A program made the translations under genes and the position numbers. A stretch of DNA of 62,795 nt, the filler included. It is 5 parts of 5 records of this genome, joined end to end, with 100 filler letters (N's around TTAATTAATTAA, not from the genome) between each part and the next. Parts side by side here need not be neighbours in the genome. Positions count along the whole stretch, not along the records: positions 1 to 9,447 come from SRR20825006_1046; positions 9,548 to 31,336 come from SRR20825006_1049; 3 more parts are not named here. The stretch is one strand, 5' to 3'. The notes under the pieces are model-generated. The model ran no database searches and was not told the DNA's origin. It was given only the letters and a program-made list of their open reading frames with translations. Shown one piece after another: positions 1-10,550 of the stretch (within the stretch, counting starts at the first letter, position 1; each line of letters opens with the position of its first letter).

Positions 1-1
1 C

Positions 2-505
2 ATGATCTATGTGACACATGATCAGGTGGAAGCCATGACACTGGCCGACCGGATCGTGGTCATGAACAACGGCTACATCGAGCAGGTCGGCAGCCCGCGC
101 GAGCTTTTCGAAAAGCCGGCCAACACATTTGTCGCAACGTTTATCGGCTCACCGAAGATGACACTTCTCAACGTCGCCAATGAGAACGGCAAGCTTTCGA
201 TTGCCGGAACCGGCGCTATCAATGCCCCGGCCAGTTTTGACCGTGGCGCGCTGATCATCGGCGCACGTCCCGACACATTCGAGCTTGTAGCCGGACATGA
301 CGGCGAAGGCTTTGCCGGACAGGTTATCTACACCGAATATCTCGGGGATGATTCTTATATTTATGTCCGCCTTCAAAGCGGCGAGCAGGTCACCGTCAGA
401 GTGCCGCCGTCGATCTTCTTTGAAGCGGAAGCCGATGTCACCGTGAAGGCAAAACCAGATGCGCTTCACGTCTTTGACAGGGCGAGCGGCCTCAGACTTT
501 CCTGA
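2..505 (+). CDS. Sugar ABC transporter ATP-binding protein (MalK/UgpC family), 5'-truncated
   Basis: [21 protein letters not shown]-loop region plus C-terminal TOBE-like domain; runs off the window start. Confidence 0.92.
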   Translation: MIYVTHDQVEAMTLADRIVVMNNGYIEQVGSPRELFEKPANTFVATFIGSPKMTLLNVANENGKLSIAGTGAINAPASFDRGALIIGARPDTFELVAGHDGEGFAGQVIYTEYLGDDSYIYVRLQSGEQVTVRVPPSIFFEAEADVTVKAKPDALHVFDRASGLRLS

Positions 506-561
506 AACAGGAAGGCGGCTTGTCATCGATAATTCAGGGGAACGGATCGAAAGGAAAACAG

Positions 562-1803
562 ATGACACCCTTTGCCAGAACAATGATTGCGGCCACAGCC
601 TTTGCCGGTATCGCCGCTCCGGCTTTTGCCGAAGATATTTCATTCTGGGGCTGGCGCACCGAAGACGTGCCGCAATATGAAGCCTTCATCGAAATGTTCG
701 AGGCGGAAAACCCGGATATTAATGTCAATCTGCGCATGGTTGAAGCCGTCAGCTACGGCACGATCCTTAAGACAGCACTGGCCGGTGAATCCGGTCCCGA
801 TGCCATGATGGTGCGCGCCTATGGCTCATTTGAGGATCTGGCTTCCGGCGGCTATCTGATGCCACTGACGGACGAAAACGTTCCGGCACTGAAGGATTTC
901 CCCGCCGATGCCCTTCAGGCTGAAACACTGCGCGCTGACGGCACCGTCTATGCTGTACCATTCGCCTCGCAGACGATGATGGTTCTTTACAACAAGGAAA
1001 TCTTCGAACAGCTTGGCCTTGATGCGCCGAAAACCTGGGACGATATGCAGGCCGATGCCGAAGCTCTGAAAGAGGCAGGCTTTTACCCCTTCGCCAATGG
1101 CACAGCCGCCGCATGGCAAAATGAAGTACTGACTTTCGGTCTCGGTGCCTCGACCATGGGCAAGGGCTTTTATCAGGATGTGATGAGCGGCAAGACAGAC
1201 TTTACCGATCCGCGCTTTGTTGATGCGCTGACCCGCATTCAGGATATGGGCCAGTACTTCCCTGACGGTTTCATCGGCCTTGATTATCCATCATCACAGC
1301 AGCTTTTTGCCTCCGGCATGGCCGGCATGTTTGTTGGCGGTTCCTATGAAATCGCCGCCATGAAAGGCATGAACCCGGATATCCAGATCGGAGCCCTGCC
1401 CGCACCGACCGTCAACAAAGATGATGAAGGCCTGGTCGCTGTTTTTTATGATGGCGGTTATGCCGGAAATGCGGCCACAGAGCATAAGGAAGCCGTGACA
1501 AAGTTCTTAAACTTCCTGGCCTCGCAGAAATTCGGTCAGGCTTTTGCCAACGAACTTTCCAATATCTCGCCAATTCCCGGCGTCACCTTCGACAACCCGG
1601 AACTTCAGGCTGTTGCCGACCTGAACAAGACATCAATCCCATACATGATGCTGGTGCACTTCCGCTTCGATCAGCCATCCGGATCGTCACTCATCCAGGA
1701 AAACATTCAGAAAATGATGGCAGGCGACGAAACACCGGAAGGCGTGGGCGAAGCCATCACTGAAGGTCTCGCCACCTACTACGAGCCTTTCCAGAAGAAC
1801 TGA
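562..1803 (+). CDS. Carbohydrate ABC transporter substrate-binding protein
   Basis: AAGGA RBS before ATG 562; signal peptide ending APAFA; SBP family 1 motifs (YAVPF, VLYNKEIF, PKTWDD). Confidence 0.9.
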   Translation: MTPFARTMIAATAFAGIAAPAFAEDISFWGWRTEDVPQYEAFIEMFEAENPDINVNLRMVEAVSYGTILKTALAGESGPDAMMVRAYGSFEDLASGGYLMPLTDENVPALKDFPADALQAETLRADGTVYAVPFASQTMMVLYNKEIFEQLGLDAPKTWDDMQADAEALKEAGFYPFANGTAAAWQNEVLTFGLGASTMGKGFYQDVMSGKTDFTDPRFVDALTRIQDMGQYFPDGFIGLDYPSSQQLFASGMAGMFVGGSYEIAAMKGMNPDIQIGALPAPTVNKDDEGLVAVFYDGGYAGNAATEHKEAVTKFLNFLASQKFGQAFANELSNISPIPGVTFDNPELQAVADLNKTSIPYMMLVHFRFDQPSGSSLIQENIQKMMAGDETPEGVGEAITEGLATYYEPFQKN

Positions 1804-1812
1804 GATCAAACA

Positions 1813-1845
1813 GCGCGGGCGTGATAAAAAGATCAACGCCCGCGC
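1813..1845 (+). other. Intercistronic stem-loop after the SBP gene (probable mRNA-stabilising hairpin)
   Basis: GCGCGGGCGT...ACGCCCGCGC inverted repeat with no U-tract. Confidence 0.5.
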
Positions 1846-1904
1846 CACCTGAAAGTGAAAAAGACCGTCTGCCTCAGGGCGGTTCTTTTGCCGGAGCGCC
1901 CGTC

Positions 1905-2825
1905 ATGTCATCATTCAAACCCACGCCGCGCGGCCTGTGGATTGCCAGCCTCATCCTGCCCGGGCTGGCGGTTATGATCCTGTTCGTCGCCTACCCGATT
2001 GTCTCGGCGCTTGCCTATGCCTTTTACGATTGGAATGGTCTGGCAAGAGGTGATTTTGTCGGATTTCAAAACTTTTCGGACGTTCTGTTTCAAGAGCCCT
2101 ATAAAAGCACTGTGCGGAATGCTTTTCTGAATAATGTGATTGTGTTCTTCACGCTGATGATCGTGCAGAATGGTGCGGCCTTTTTTCTGGCATACGCCCT
2201 GTGGCGCGAATTTCCACTGGCCCGCTTCCACCGTATTGCGGTTTTCCTGCCGGTGGTTCTTTCCACCGTCATCGTCGGCTATCTCTGGAAGCTCTTCCTC
2301 AATCCACTTTTCGGGATCGTCAACCAGACGCTGAGAATGGTGGGGCTTTCCGATTGGGCTCAGCCATGGCTGGGACAGGCTGATACCGCACTCGGCTCGC
2401 TCATCCTTGTCAATGCCTGGCACTGGGTCGGGTTTCCGACGCTGATCTTTCTGGCGGCCATGCAGCGTATCCCAAGCGAGCTTTATGATGCAGCACGCAT
2501 GGAAACCGAAAGTGAATGGGTGAAGATCCGCAAGATCATCTGGCCGCTTGTGGCTCCGGCGGCAACAATCGTTTTCGTTTTACAGTTTATAGGATCGTTC
2601 AACTGGTTTGAACTGCCTTATGTCATGGAAGACCTGCTCGGCTCGCCTTATGGCAACACCGATGTTCTGGCGCTTTATTTCTATCGCCTGGCCTTTGGCA
2701 GCCCCTCCACCGGCGTTGCGGATTTCGGCCACGGCAGTGCGCTTGCCGCTCTCGTTTTCATTTTTATCACGGTTTTTGCAACCGCCATGACGCTGTTCCT
2801 GCGCCGCCGGGAGATTGAGCTTTGA
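1905..2825 (+). CDS. Carbohydrate ABC transporter permease (MalF-like)
   Basis: Multiple TM helices; EAA-like loop ELYDAARME; GGAG RBS before ATG 1905. Confidence 0.9.
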   Translation: MSSFKPTPRGLWIASLILPGLAVMILFVAYPIVSALAYAFYDWNGLARGDFVGFQNFSDVLFQEPYKSTVRNAFLNNVIVFFTLMIVQNGAAFFLAYALWREFPLARFHRIAVFLPVVLSTVIVGYLWKLFLNPLFGIVNQTLRMVGLSDWAQPWLGQADTALGSLILVNAWHWVGFPTLIFLAAMQRIPSELYDAARMETESEWVKIRKIIWPLVAPAATIVFVLQFIGSFNWFELPYVMEDLLGSPYGNTDVLALYFYRLAFGSPSTGVADFGHGSALAALVFIFITVFATAMTLFLRRREIEL

Positions 2826-3679
2826 GTTCGACGCATTACTCCGAAAAATCCCAGTTCCTGCGCACATTCGGCCGTGACGGCCTGCTGCAGATATTCCTGA
2901 TCGCCAATTCCTTCATCATGATTGCGCCAATCGTGATCATGGTGTTCTCGGCCTTCAAGCCGACCATGACGATCTTCCGTAAACCTTTTGCATTTCCGGA
3001 TTTTACCGACCTGTCCAATTTCGTGGCGATCTGGACAGATACCAATTTCATCCGCTACTTCTTCAACTCGCTGCTGATTACAGGCTCGGCCATCCTGGCC
3101 ATTCTGGTCCTTGGAACGCTCGCCGCCTATGCACTGGCACGCTATGACTTCAAAGGATCGAACTTTATCCTGCTGTTCTTTCTGGCGGGACTGACACTGC
3201 CACTGAAGCTTGCGGTCATTCCGCTGTTCGTGCTGATGCGAGACCTTGGCCTGCTCGATACCCAGCTGTCGCTGATCCTGATCTATGTCGCCATGGGCCT
3301 TCCGTCCGCCGTCTTCATCATGACAGGCTTCATCCGCTCGCTCCCGGGTGAACTGGAAGACGCAGCACGCATGGATGGCGCATCGGAGGCACGGATCATG
3401 TGGTCGATCATGCTGCCGCTGACGCGCCCTGCCATGGTGATCGCCGCCATCAATAATCTTGTACCGATCTGGAACGACTTTTTCTTCCCGCTGATTTTTC
3501 TTCAGAATGAATCGCTCAAAACTCTGCCACAAGGCCTGACAGGTTTTATGGGTGAGTACACGACCAACTGGGGCGTTCTGTTTGCAGGCCTCACCTTTGC
3601 CGCCGCCCCGATCACTCTTCTTTACATCATCCTGTCGCGCCAGTTCATCAATGGCATGACGTCGGGAGCCATCAAGTGA
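2822..3679 (+). CDS. Carbohydrate ABC transporter permease (MalG-like)
   Basis: ELEDAARMDGAS EAA motif, WNDFFFPL; overlaps the previous stop. Confidence 0.92.
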   Translation: MSSTHYSEKSQFLRTFGRDGLLQIFLIANSFIMIAPIVIMVFSAFKPTMTIFRKPFAFPDFTDLSNFVAIWTDTNFIRYFFNSLLITGSAILAILVLGTLAAYALARYDFKGSNFILLFFLAGLTLPLKLAVIPLFVLMRDLGLLDTQLSLILIYVAMGLPSAVFIMTGFIRSLPGELEDAARMDGASEARIMWSIMLPLTRPAMVIAAINNLVPIWNDFFFPLIFLQNESLKTLPQGLTGFMGEYTTNWGVLFAGLTFAAAPITLLYIILSRQFINGMTSGAIK

Positions 3680-3713
3680 CAACTCACGAGAACCGGCAGC
3701 CAGAGGCAAGGCG

Positions 3714-4613
3714 ATGACAAAGCACTTTCTTGGCGGTGATATCGGCGGGACCGCCTCGCGCTTCTGCGTGATTGATGAAACCGGCACCGTTATTTCGAAG
3801 GGCAAGGCAAGCGGCGCGACCGCTCTTATCTTTACTCCGGATATCCGCGAAGCCCTTGACACAGCCATCCGTCAGATTGCCGAAACCGTGACTGGACCTG
3901 TTGCTGGCGCGGCCTTTGGTTTGACAGGCTATGGCCCCCGCGCCCGCGATCAGATCGCAGCCATTATCTGCAATCATATCGACGTTGCGGATGAAAACGT
4001 CTTTGTCAGCGACGATATCGAGCTTGCCTATCGGAGCCTGTTTGCGCCAGGATGCGGACATCTGGTTTCCGCTGGCACCGGCTCCATTGCCGTACATCTG
4101 AATACTGAGGGAAACATACTACGCATCGGCGGGCGGGGCACGCTGATCGATGATGCCGGTTCCGGCGCATGGATGGCGCTTGCGGCCCTCAGGGCACTTT
4201 ATCGCAGGCTCGATGAAACCGGCGCGCCCGGCGATATGACGAAGCTTGCAGAGGCGCTTTATTGTGCTGTCGGCGGCGATGACTGGTCCGACGTCCGGTC
4301 CTATATTTACAGCGGTGATCGCGGAAAGATCGGTGCTCTTTCGAAGGCCATCGGAGAAGCAGCAAGGGCCGGAGACCCCTTTGCCCAGACGCTTTTGCAG
4401 CAGGCCGGAGAAGAGCTGGCGCGCCTCGGAAATATTCTGATCCATCGCTGTGGCAATCACCCTGTTGCCTTTATCGGTGGTGTCCTGAACCTGTCTCCGC
4501 TCATCCCGGAGACCATCATTGAAATGCTTGAAGGAAAGGCGACCTTTCCGGACATGGATCAGGCAAATGGGGCGGCCCTTCTGGCGCGCTCGAAATTTTC
4601 GACATTCTCTTAA
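3714..4613 (+). CDS. BadF/BadG/BcrA/BcrD-family ATPase, N-acetylglucosamine kinase-like
   Basis: GGDIGGTASR phosphate-1 motif, SAGTGSIA, GGRGTLIDDAGSG. Confidence 0.85.
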   Translation: MTKHFLGGDIGGTASRFCVIDETGTVISKGKASGATALIFTPDIREALDTAIRQIAETVTGPVAGAAFGLTGYGPRARDQIAAIICNHIDVADENVFVSDDIELAYRSLFAPGCGHLVSAGTGSIAVHLNTEGNILRIGGRGTLIDDAGSGAWMALAALRALYRRLDETGAPGDMTKLAEALYCAVGGDDWSDVRSYIYSGDRGKIGALSKAIGEAARAGDPFAQTLLQQAGEELARLGNILIHRCGNHPVAFIGGVLNLSPLIPETIIEMLEGKATFPDMDQANGAALLARSKFSTFS

Positions 4614-4767
4614 AATCGCGGAACATGAAATAACAATCGAAGCCATCTTCGAAACCACGAATGGCAATCTGCACCGCGCACTTTCCGGCACGACAGAATA
4701 AAGCGCTTGCCTGTGCTTTCCGGCATCGATCAAATAGGCCGCATACTGATCACCGGGAGACCACGGC

Positions 4768-5691
4768 TTGCAGCTTCATGCCATCACCTATTTCAACGAG
4801 CTTGTACGTTCGCGTTCTATCCGTCAGGCCGCCGAGACACTGGGGGTTTCACCAACGGCGATTAGCCGCCAGTTGGAGAACCTTGAATATTATTTCGGCG
4901 CACCGCTGGTGGAACGTGGCGCACGCGGCATCATGCTGACAGCCGCCGGTGAACTGCTGGCGGCCCGTTCCCGATCAATGATGCGCGATCTTGAAAACGC
5001 CCGTCAGGTGATCGACGACCTGCGCGGACTGAAACGCGGCAATGTTTCCATTCATGTCAACGGCGCAGCCATCAATGCCATTCTGGCGCCTGCTCTTGCG
5101 GAATTTTATGCGCTCCATCCGGCGGTTACCATTCAGGTCACCGTTTCATCGGCGCAGGAAGCCATGAATGCGGTTTTAAGCGGCAATACCGATATGGCGG
5201 TCACCATGTTTTCGCCGCCGGATGCGCAGATGGATGTGCGTTTTAAACTGCGGGTGCGGCATGAACCCGTCATGGCCCCGGATCATCCACTCGCCAGCCT
5301 GCCCGAAATTCCACTGGAAGCAATCCGGCAGCACCCGATTGCGATGCCCGATCGCTCCTTCGGCATTCGCCGCACCTTTGATCATAACCAGCGTGTGGCC
5401 GGTTTCGAGCCAGTGGAAGCGGCGTTTACCACATCTTCTCTGGAGCTGCAGAAAGAACTCGCACGCCACCGCGCCGCTGTACTGATCCTGCCCGCCATGT
5501 CGGTAATGCGCGAAATTGAAGCCGGGGATCTGGTGGTACGGCCATTTTCCGGCGCAAATGAAATCGCCACGGACCTGCAGCTTGGCCGCGCCAGAACCAC
5601 CGCGCCGAGTTTTGCGGCAGCAAGGCTTGCTGATTTTCTGGAAGAATTTTTACCCGCTCAGGCAAAGCTTGTTCAGGGCAACGGACATTGA
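4768..5691 (+). CDS. LysR-family transcriptional regulator
   Basis: N-terminal HTH SIRQAAETLGVSPTAISRQLENLE...LTAAG; TTG start. Confidence 0.92.
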   Translation: MQLHAITYFNELVRSRSIRQAAETLGVSPTAISRQLENLEYYFGAPLVERGARGIMLTAAGELLAARSRSMMRDLENARQVIDDLRGLKRGNVSIHVNGAAINAILAPALAEFYALHPAVTIQVTVSSAQEAMNAVLSGNTDMAVTMFSPPDAQMDVRFKLRVRHEPVMAPDHPLASLPEIPLEAIRQHPIAMPDRSFGIRRTFDHNQRVAGFEPVEAAFTTSSLELQKELARHRAAVLILPAMSVMREIEAGDLVVRPFSGANEIATDLQLGRARTTAPSFAAARLADFLEEFLPAQAKLVQGNGH

Positions 5692-5815
5692 GTGTCACGG
5701 TTTTGAGCGCACTGTGCGTTCATAATTATCATTGCGTTTACACTCAACCATCAGGCAAGCTATAAACAATAACGATAACAATCTTCTCAGAACCATCAGT
5801 AGGGACCATCGCTTT

Positions 5816-7309
5816 ATGAAACCCCATTTCCAGCTTTTTCTGGCCGCCACAACCGCACTTGGCCTGGCAACAGCAGGCAGCGCCATGGCCGAACCGCGCA
5901 CAGATATCGTTTTAGGAATGAGCATTGAGCCGTCGGGGCTCGATCCGACCGCTGCCGCACCCGTCGCCATCGGGCAGGTTGTCTGGCAGAATCTGTTTGA
6001 AGGTCTGGTGACCATTGACGAAGAAGGCGGAATCGAGCCGGAACTTGCGACAAGCTGGGACATTTCCGAAGATGGCCTTACATACACTTTCGACCTGCGT
6101 GACGGTGTAACCTTCCAGAACGGCCAGCCTTTTAACGCCGAAACGGCTAAGTTCACCATCGACCGTATCATTGCCCCGGACTCCATCAATGGCCAGAAGG
6201 CACTTTACGCCGCTATTGAAAGCACTGAAGCGCCGGACAGCGACACGCTGGTTCTGCACCTTTCCAAGCCCTCGGCTGACCTTCTGTATTGGCTCGGCTT
6301 TCCCTCCGCTGTGATGGTGGAGCCGGAAAGTGCGCCGACAAACGCGACCAGTCCCGTTGGTACCGGCCCGTTTGAATTTGCCGACTGGAAGAAAGGCAAT
6401 GAGGTTACGCTCACACAAAACGACGATTACTGGGGCAGTTCGCCAAAGCTTGACAGGGTGACCTTCCGCTTCATCGCCGATCCGCAGGCACAGGCAGCGG
6501 CCCTCACCTCCGGCGGTGTCGATGCCATTCCGGAATTCACCGCACCGGAGCTTGTCTCGCAGTTTGACAGCAATAATACTTTTGACGTCGTGATCGGCAC
6601 GACCGGTATGGAAGTCGTCGCTGGCATGAATAATGCCGAAGCACCCTTCGATAATGTAAAGGTCCGTCAGGCTCTGATGATGGCGATTGACCGTCAGGCG
6701 ATCATTGACGCGACCAATGCCGGATACGGAACCCCGATCGGCAGCCATTTTTCGCCGTCCGATGCAGGTTATGAAGACTTAAGCGGCGTTCTGCCCTACG
6801 ACCCGGCCAGGGCAAAATCACTGCTGGCAGAGGCCGGTTATCCCGACGGCTTTTCCTTTACCATGAAAGTGCCGAACCGGGCCTATGCCGAACGTGCTGC
6901 GGAAATAATGCAGGCTTATTTCGCGCAAATCGGTGTGACGATGACGATTGAAAGCTCGGAATTTCCGGCCAAGTGGATCCAGGATGTTTTCAAGGACACC
7001 AATTACGACATGACCATCATCGGTCATGCCGAACCGCTTGATATCGGCATTTATGCCCGCGACCCTTACTACTTCAATTACGACAGCCCTGAATTCAATG
7101 CGACGATGACCGACATCGCCAATGCAACAACAGAAGAAGAGCGCATCGCCGCCTATCAGAAGGCGCAGGAAATCCTGGCCAATGATGTGCCTGCTCTCTT
7201 TCTCTACGCCTGGCCGAAGATCGGCGTCTGGAAGGCTGGTCTTGAGGGCCTGTGGACCAATGAACCGGTTCCGTCCAATGATGTAACCGACGTTTACTGG
7301 ACCGAGTAG
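5816..7309 (+). CDS. Dipeptide/oligopeptide ABC transporter substrate-binding protein (family 5)
   Basis: Signal peptide; LDP...LFEGLV...PELATSWDISEDGLTYTFDLRDGVTF; GTGPF. Confidence 0.92.
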   Translation: MKPHFQLFLAATTALGLATAGSAMAEPRTDIVLGMSIEPSGLDPTAAAPVAIGQVVWQNLFEGLVTIDEEGGIEPELATSWDISEDGLTYTFDLRDGVTFQNGQPFNAETAKFTIDRIIAPDSINGQKALYAAIESTEAPDSDTLVLHLSKPSADLLYWLGFPSAVMVEPESAPTNATSPVGTGPFEFADWKKGNEVTLTQNDDYWGSSPKLDRVTFRFIADPQAQAAALTSGGVDAIPEFTAPELVSQFDSNNTFDVVIGTTGMEVVAGMNNAEAPFDNVKVRQALMMAIDRQAIIDATNAGYGTPIGSHFSPSDAGYEDLSGVLPYDPARAKSLLAEAGYPDGFSFTMKVPNRAYAERAAEIMQAYFAQIGVTMTIESSEFPAKWIQDVFKDTNYDMTIIGHAEPLDIGIYARDPYYFNYDSPEFNATMTDIANATTEEERIAAYQKAQEILANDVPALFLYAWPKIGVWKAGLEGLWTNEPVPSNDVTDVYWTE

Positions 7310-7388
7310 TCATCGCGCTGCCCGCCAGGTGCCAAACACAGCGGCGGGCAGCGGCTGAACGGCTCGTTTGCCTGAAGGACTTTTTCTG

Positions 7389-8333
7389 ATGCGCCATATC
7401 ACCAGATCGCTGGCAGGGTTGATCATCACCCTGCTCGTGATTTCCTTTGTCATTTTTCTGGTCATGGAGGCCGTACCCGGCGACCCCGCCGAAATCATGC
7501 TCGGCACGTCTGCAGCGCCGGACACTCTGGCCGCCCTTCGTGCACAGATGGGCCTCGATCAACCCTTTCTGGTTCGCTATGCCGAATGGCTTTTCGGGTT
7601 GCTTCAGGGCAATCTCGGTGAAAGCTACACCTATCGCACGCCGGTTGCCGAACTGATCGGCGAACGGCTGATGGTCACTCTGCCGCTGACCGGCCTTGCG
7701 GTCTTTCTGTCGGTGGCAATCTCGGTTCCGCTCGGTGTGCTGGCAGCCGCCAAACCTAACGGCCTAGTTGATACCTTCGCGTCGCTGTTCGCCCAGATCG
7801 GCATTGCCGTTCCCAATTTCTGGATCGGCCTTTTGCTGATCCTTGGCATTGCCCTGACACTCGGCTGGTTTCCCGCAGGTGGCTTTCCCGGCTGGGAGGC
7901 CGGTTTCTGGCCCGCGCTGCAGGCCCTCATTTTGCCATCGATTGCGCTCGCTATTCCGCAGGCGGCCGTTTTGACCCGCGTGACCCGAGCCGCCGTCATC
8001 GAAGTCACAAACGAGGATTTCGTCCGCACCGCCCGTGCCAAAGGCGCCACTTCATCTCATGCGCTGTGGCGGCATGTCGTGCCGAACGCGCTGATCCCGG
8101 TCGTGACCATGCTCGGTATGCAGATTTCGGTTCTGATAGCCGGTGCAGTTCTGGTGGAGAACGTATTCACCCTGCCCGGCATGGGAACGCTGGCCTATCA
8201 GGCACTCGCCCAGCGCGATCTGATCGTGATCCAGAACGTCGTCCTGTTCTTCGCCGCCATCGTCATGGTCGTCAATTTCATCGTCGATGCGCTTTACACG
8301 GTGCTTGATCCAAGACTGAGGACGCAGCGATGA
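7389..8333 (+). CDS. Peptide ABC transporter permease (DppB-like)
   Basis: PGDPA motif, EDFVRTARAKG, LDPRL C-terminus. Confidence 0.92.
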   Translation: MRHITRSLAGLIITLLVISFVIFLVMEAVPGDPAEIMLGTSAAPDTLAALRAQMGLDQPFLVRYAEWLFGLLQGNLGESYTYRTPVAELIGERLMVTLPLTGLAVFLSVAISVPLGVLAAAKPNGLVDTFASLFAQIGIAVPNFWIGLLLILGIALTLGWFPAGGFPGWEAGFWPALQALILPSIALAIPQAAVLTRVTRAAVIEVTNEDFVRTARAKGATSSHALWRHVVPNALIPVVTMLGMQISVLIAGAVLVENVFTLPGMGTLAYQALAQRDLIVIQNVVLFFAAIVMVVNFIVDALYTVLDPRLRTQR

Positions 8334-9148
8334 AGAAGCTCCCTCTAGCCCTCATAGTCGGCGGCCTGATCACCGCAACTCTCATTGCCGCCGCCATTTT
8401 AAGCCGGTTCTGGACACCGGTGGACCCGACCGCGATCAATATTCCCAACCGCCTGAAAGGTCCCGGCGTCGGCGGTCTTCTGGGAGCTGACCACTTTGGC
8501 CGCGACGAGCTGTCAATGATCATGGCCGGAGCCTGGACCTCGCTGGGCATTGCCTTTTCAGCCATCGCCATCGGCGGTACAGCCGGCACCGTGCTTGGCG
8601 TTGCCGCAGCGGCAAGACGTGGGAAATTCGAGGCGCTGGTGATGCGCTTCAACGATATCCTGTTTGCTTTTCCGCCGGTGCTTTCCGCCATCCTTCTCGC
8701 CGCAATCCTCGGCGGCGGACCGTTAACGACGATCATCGCCATCGCGCTGTTCATGATCCCGGTCTTCGCCCGCGTAACCCGTTCGGCAGCTTTGCAGATA
8801 TGGGCACGGGACTATATTCTGGCCGCACGCATGGCCGGGAAAGGCGGCATCCGCATCACCGCAGAACATGTCGTCCCCAATATCGCCGCACAGATCATCG
8901 TACAGGTGGCAATCCAGACCGGTCTCGGCATTCTGACTGAAGCGGGGCTTTCCTTTCTCGGGCTTGGCGTTGCACCGCCGACACCGAGCTGGGGCCGGAT
9001 GCTGGCCGATGCACAAACCTATCTTTCCACCGCACCGCATATGGTTCTGGCCCCCGGCCTTGCCATCTGCATCGCCGTACTGGGTCTCAACCTTCTCGGC
9101 GATGGATTACGCGATCTCACCGACCCCAGACGGAGGCAGGCAACATGA
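8330..9148 (+). CDS. Peptide ABC transporter permease (DppC-like)
   Basis: LGADHFGRD, EAGLSFLGLG...PSWG, NLLGDGLRD. Confidence 0.92.
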   Translation: MKKLPLALIVGGLITATLIAAAILSRFWTPVDPTAINIPNRLKGPGVGGLLGADHFGRDELSMIMAGAWTSLGIAFSAIAIGGTAGTVLGVAAAARRGKFEALVMRFNDILFAFPPVLSAILLAAILGGGPLTTIIAIALFMIPVFARVTRSAALQIWARDYILAARMAGKGGIRITAEHVVPNIAAQIIVQVAIQTGLGILTEAGLSFLGLGVAPPTPSWGRMLADAQTYLSTAPHMVLAPGLAICIAVLGLNLLGDGLRDLTDPRRRQAT

Positions 9149-9447
9149 TGCTCGATATCCGCGACCTCAGGGTCAGTTTTCAAAATGACAGCGGCCCGGC
9201 AACCGAAGTGGTTCACGGCATTTCATTTTCCCTCGACAAGGGCGAAACCCTTGGCATCGTCGGAGAAAGCGGTTCGGGAAAATCGGTTTTATCGCTTGCC
9301 ACCATTGGGTTACTGCCGAAAACCGCAAAACCCACGGGTGAAATCCTTTTCAACGGTGATGATCTTTTGAAAATGCCGGAGAAAAAGCTCAGCCAGTTGC
9401 GTGGATCGAAAATAGGCATGATCTTTCAGGAACCGATGACGGCGCTT
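9145..9447 (+). CDS. Peptide ABC transporter ATP-binding protein (DppD-like), 3'-truncated
   Basis: Walker A GESGSGKS, MIFQEPMTAL; cut by the linker. Confidence 0.9.
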
Positions 9448-9547
9448 NNNNNNNNNNNNNNNNNNNNNNNNNNNNNNNNNNNNNNNNNNNNTTAATTAAT
9501 TAANNNNNNNNNNNNNNNNNNNNNNNNNNNNNNNNNNNNNNNNNNNN
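9448..9547. other. Artificial contig linker
   Basis: N run containing TTAATTAATTAA (stops in all six frames). Confidence 0.99.
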
Positions 9548-9575
9548 TTCAACTTTGAACTTTACACTTTCAACT
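9548..9575. repeat. Degenerate 7-bp tandem repeat at contig edge
   Basis: TTCAACT TTGAACT TTACACT TTCAACT. Confidence 0.6.
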
Positions 9576-9648
9576 CACCTCCTCATCGCCACCAAGCTCC
9601 TGCCATGGTATTCATGTGTTCCTTGTTCGCAGGCATTCAGGAGGCGCC

Positions 9649-10239
9649 ATGTCCACAGTGGAAATTCGTCCGGTTACCGGGATTGCCGTCGAACCCTGGC
9701 TGGATGCGTTGGCGGAATTACGCATTGCGGTGTTTCGGGACTTTCCCTATCTCTATGACGGGAATCTGGACTACGAACGGCGTTATCTGGACCGCTATGC
9801 CCAGTCGGATCGCAGCGTGTTTGTGTTGGCGCTGGAGTACAACCGGCTGGTGGGGGCGGCAACAGCCCTGCCATTACGTGAAGCGGACGAGGAGTTTCAG
9901 GCGCCTTTCCGGCAGCTGGGCGCGGAGCTGGATTCGGTGTTCTATTTTGGTGAGTCGGTGCTGCTAAAGCCCTACCGGGGCGAGGGCGTCGGCCACCGGT
10001 TTTTTGATCTGCGCGAGCAATACGCGGCGGATTTCGGATTTCGGCATACCGCCTTTTGTGCGGTAGCGCGGGAGCCTGGTCATCCTGCGTGCCCGGCGGA
10101 TTACCAGCCGCTGGATGGCTTCTGGCGCGGTCGGGATTATTTTCCGCAGAATCAGCTCGTGGCTCATTTTGACTGGACCGATGTGGGTGACAGTGCCCCC
10201 AGCCGCAAAGCAATGCAGTTCTGGCTGCACTCGTTGTAG
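9649..10239 (+). CDS. GNAT-family N-acetyltransferase
   Basis: LRIAVFRDFPYLYDG, YFGESVLLKPYRGEGVG (motif A); AGGAGG RBS. Confidence 0.88.
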   Translation: MSTVEIRPVTGIAVEPWLDALAELRIAVFRDFPYLYDGNLDYERRYLDRYAQSDRSVFVLALEYNRLVGAATALPLREADEEFQAPFRQLGAELDSVFYFGESVLLKPYRGEGVGHRFFDLREQYAADFGFRHTAFCAVAREPGHPACPADYQPLDGFWRGRDYFPQNQLVAHFDWTDVGDSAPSRKAMQFWLHSL

Positions 10240-10338
10240 GCAGAGGCGACGCGTTGTTGCATATACCCCATTTGGGCGATTTGATATTGTTTTGATATCC
10301 CTATACTCCCTGTTTATTTGGGGAATTGGGGAACTCAT

Positions 10339-10452
10339 ATGCACCGTTACTATCGTTGGGCGCTCTGGCGTGAACGCGCTATCCGCAATGGCATCATCAT
10401 CTTGCCGTTGGCGCTATTTGCATTGGGTGTCGCCGTGCTGGTCGCTGGCTGA
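10339..10452 (+). CDS. Small single-TM protein, 37 aa (not in the ORF track)
   Basis: MHRYYRWALWRERAIRNGIIILPLALFALGVAVLVAG*; GGGGA upstream; basic N-terminus plus hydrophobic helix. Confidence 0.5.
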   Translation: MHRYYRWALWRERAIRNGIIILPLALFALGVAVLVAG

Positions 10453-10550
10453 GCTGACCGTCGTGGCTCGTTGAGGAAGGGGCGCGGCAGAAAAAGAGTG
10501 GCGCCGGCAAAAACTGAAACCGCCCACGCTGCTTTATTCGGCTCGCCCCT

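Noticed and set aside
5720-5736. Fur-like AATGATAATTATG on the minus strand upstream of the peptide-binding protein gene
   Set aside because: Only a partial match in an AT-rich promoter, with nothing else linking the locus to iron.
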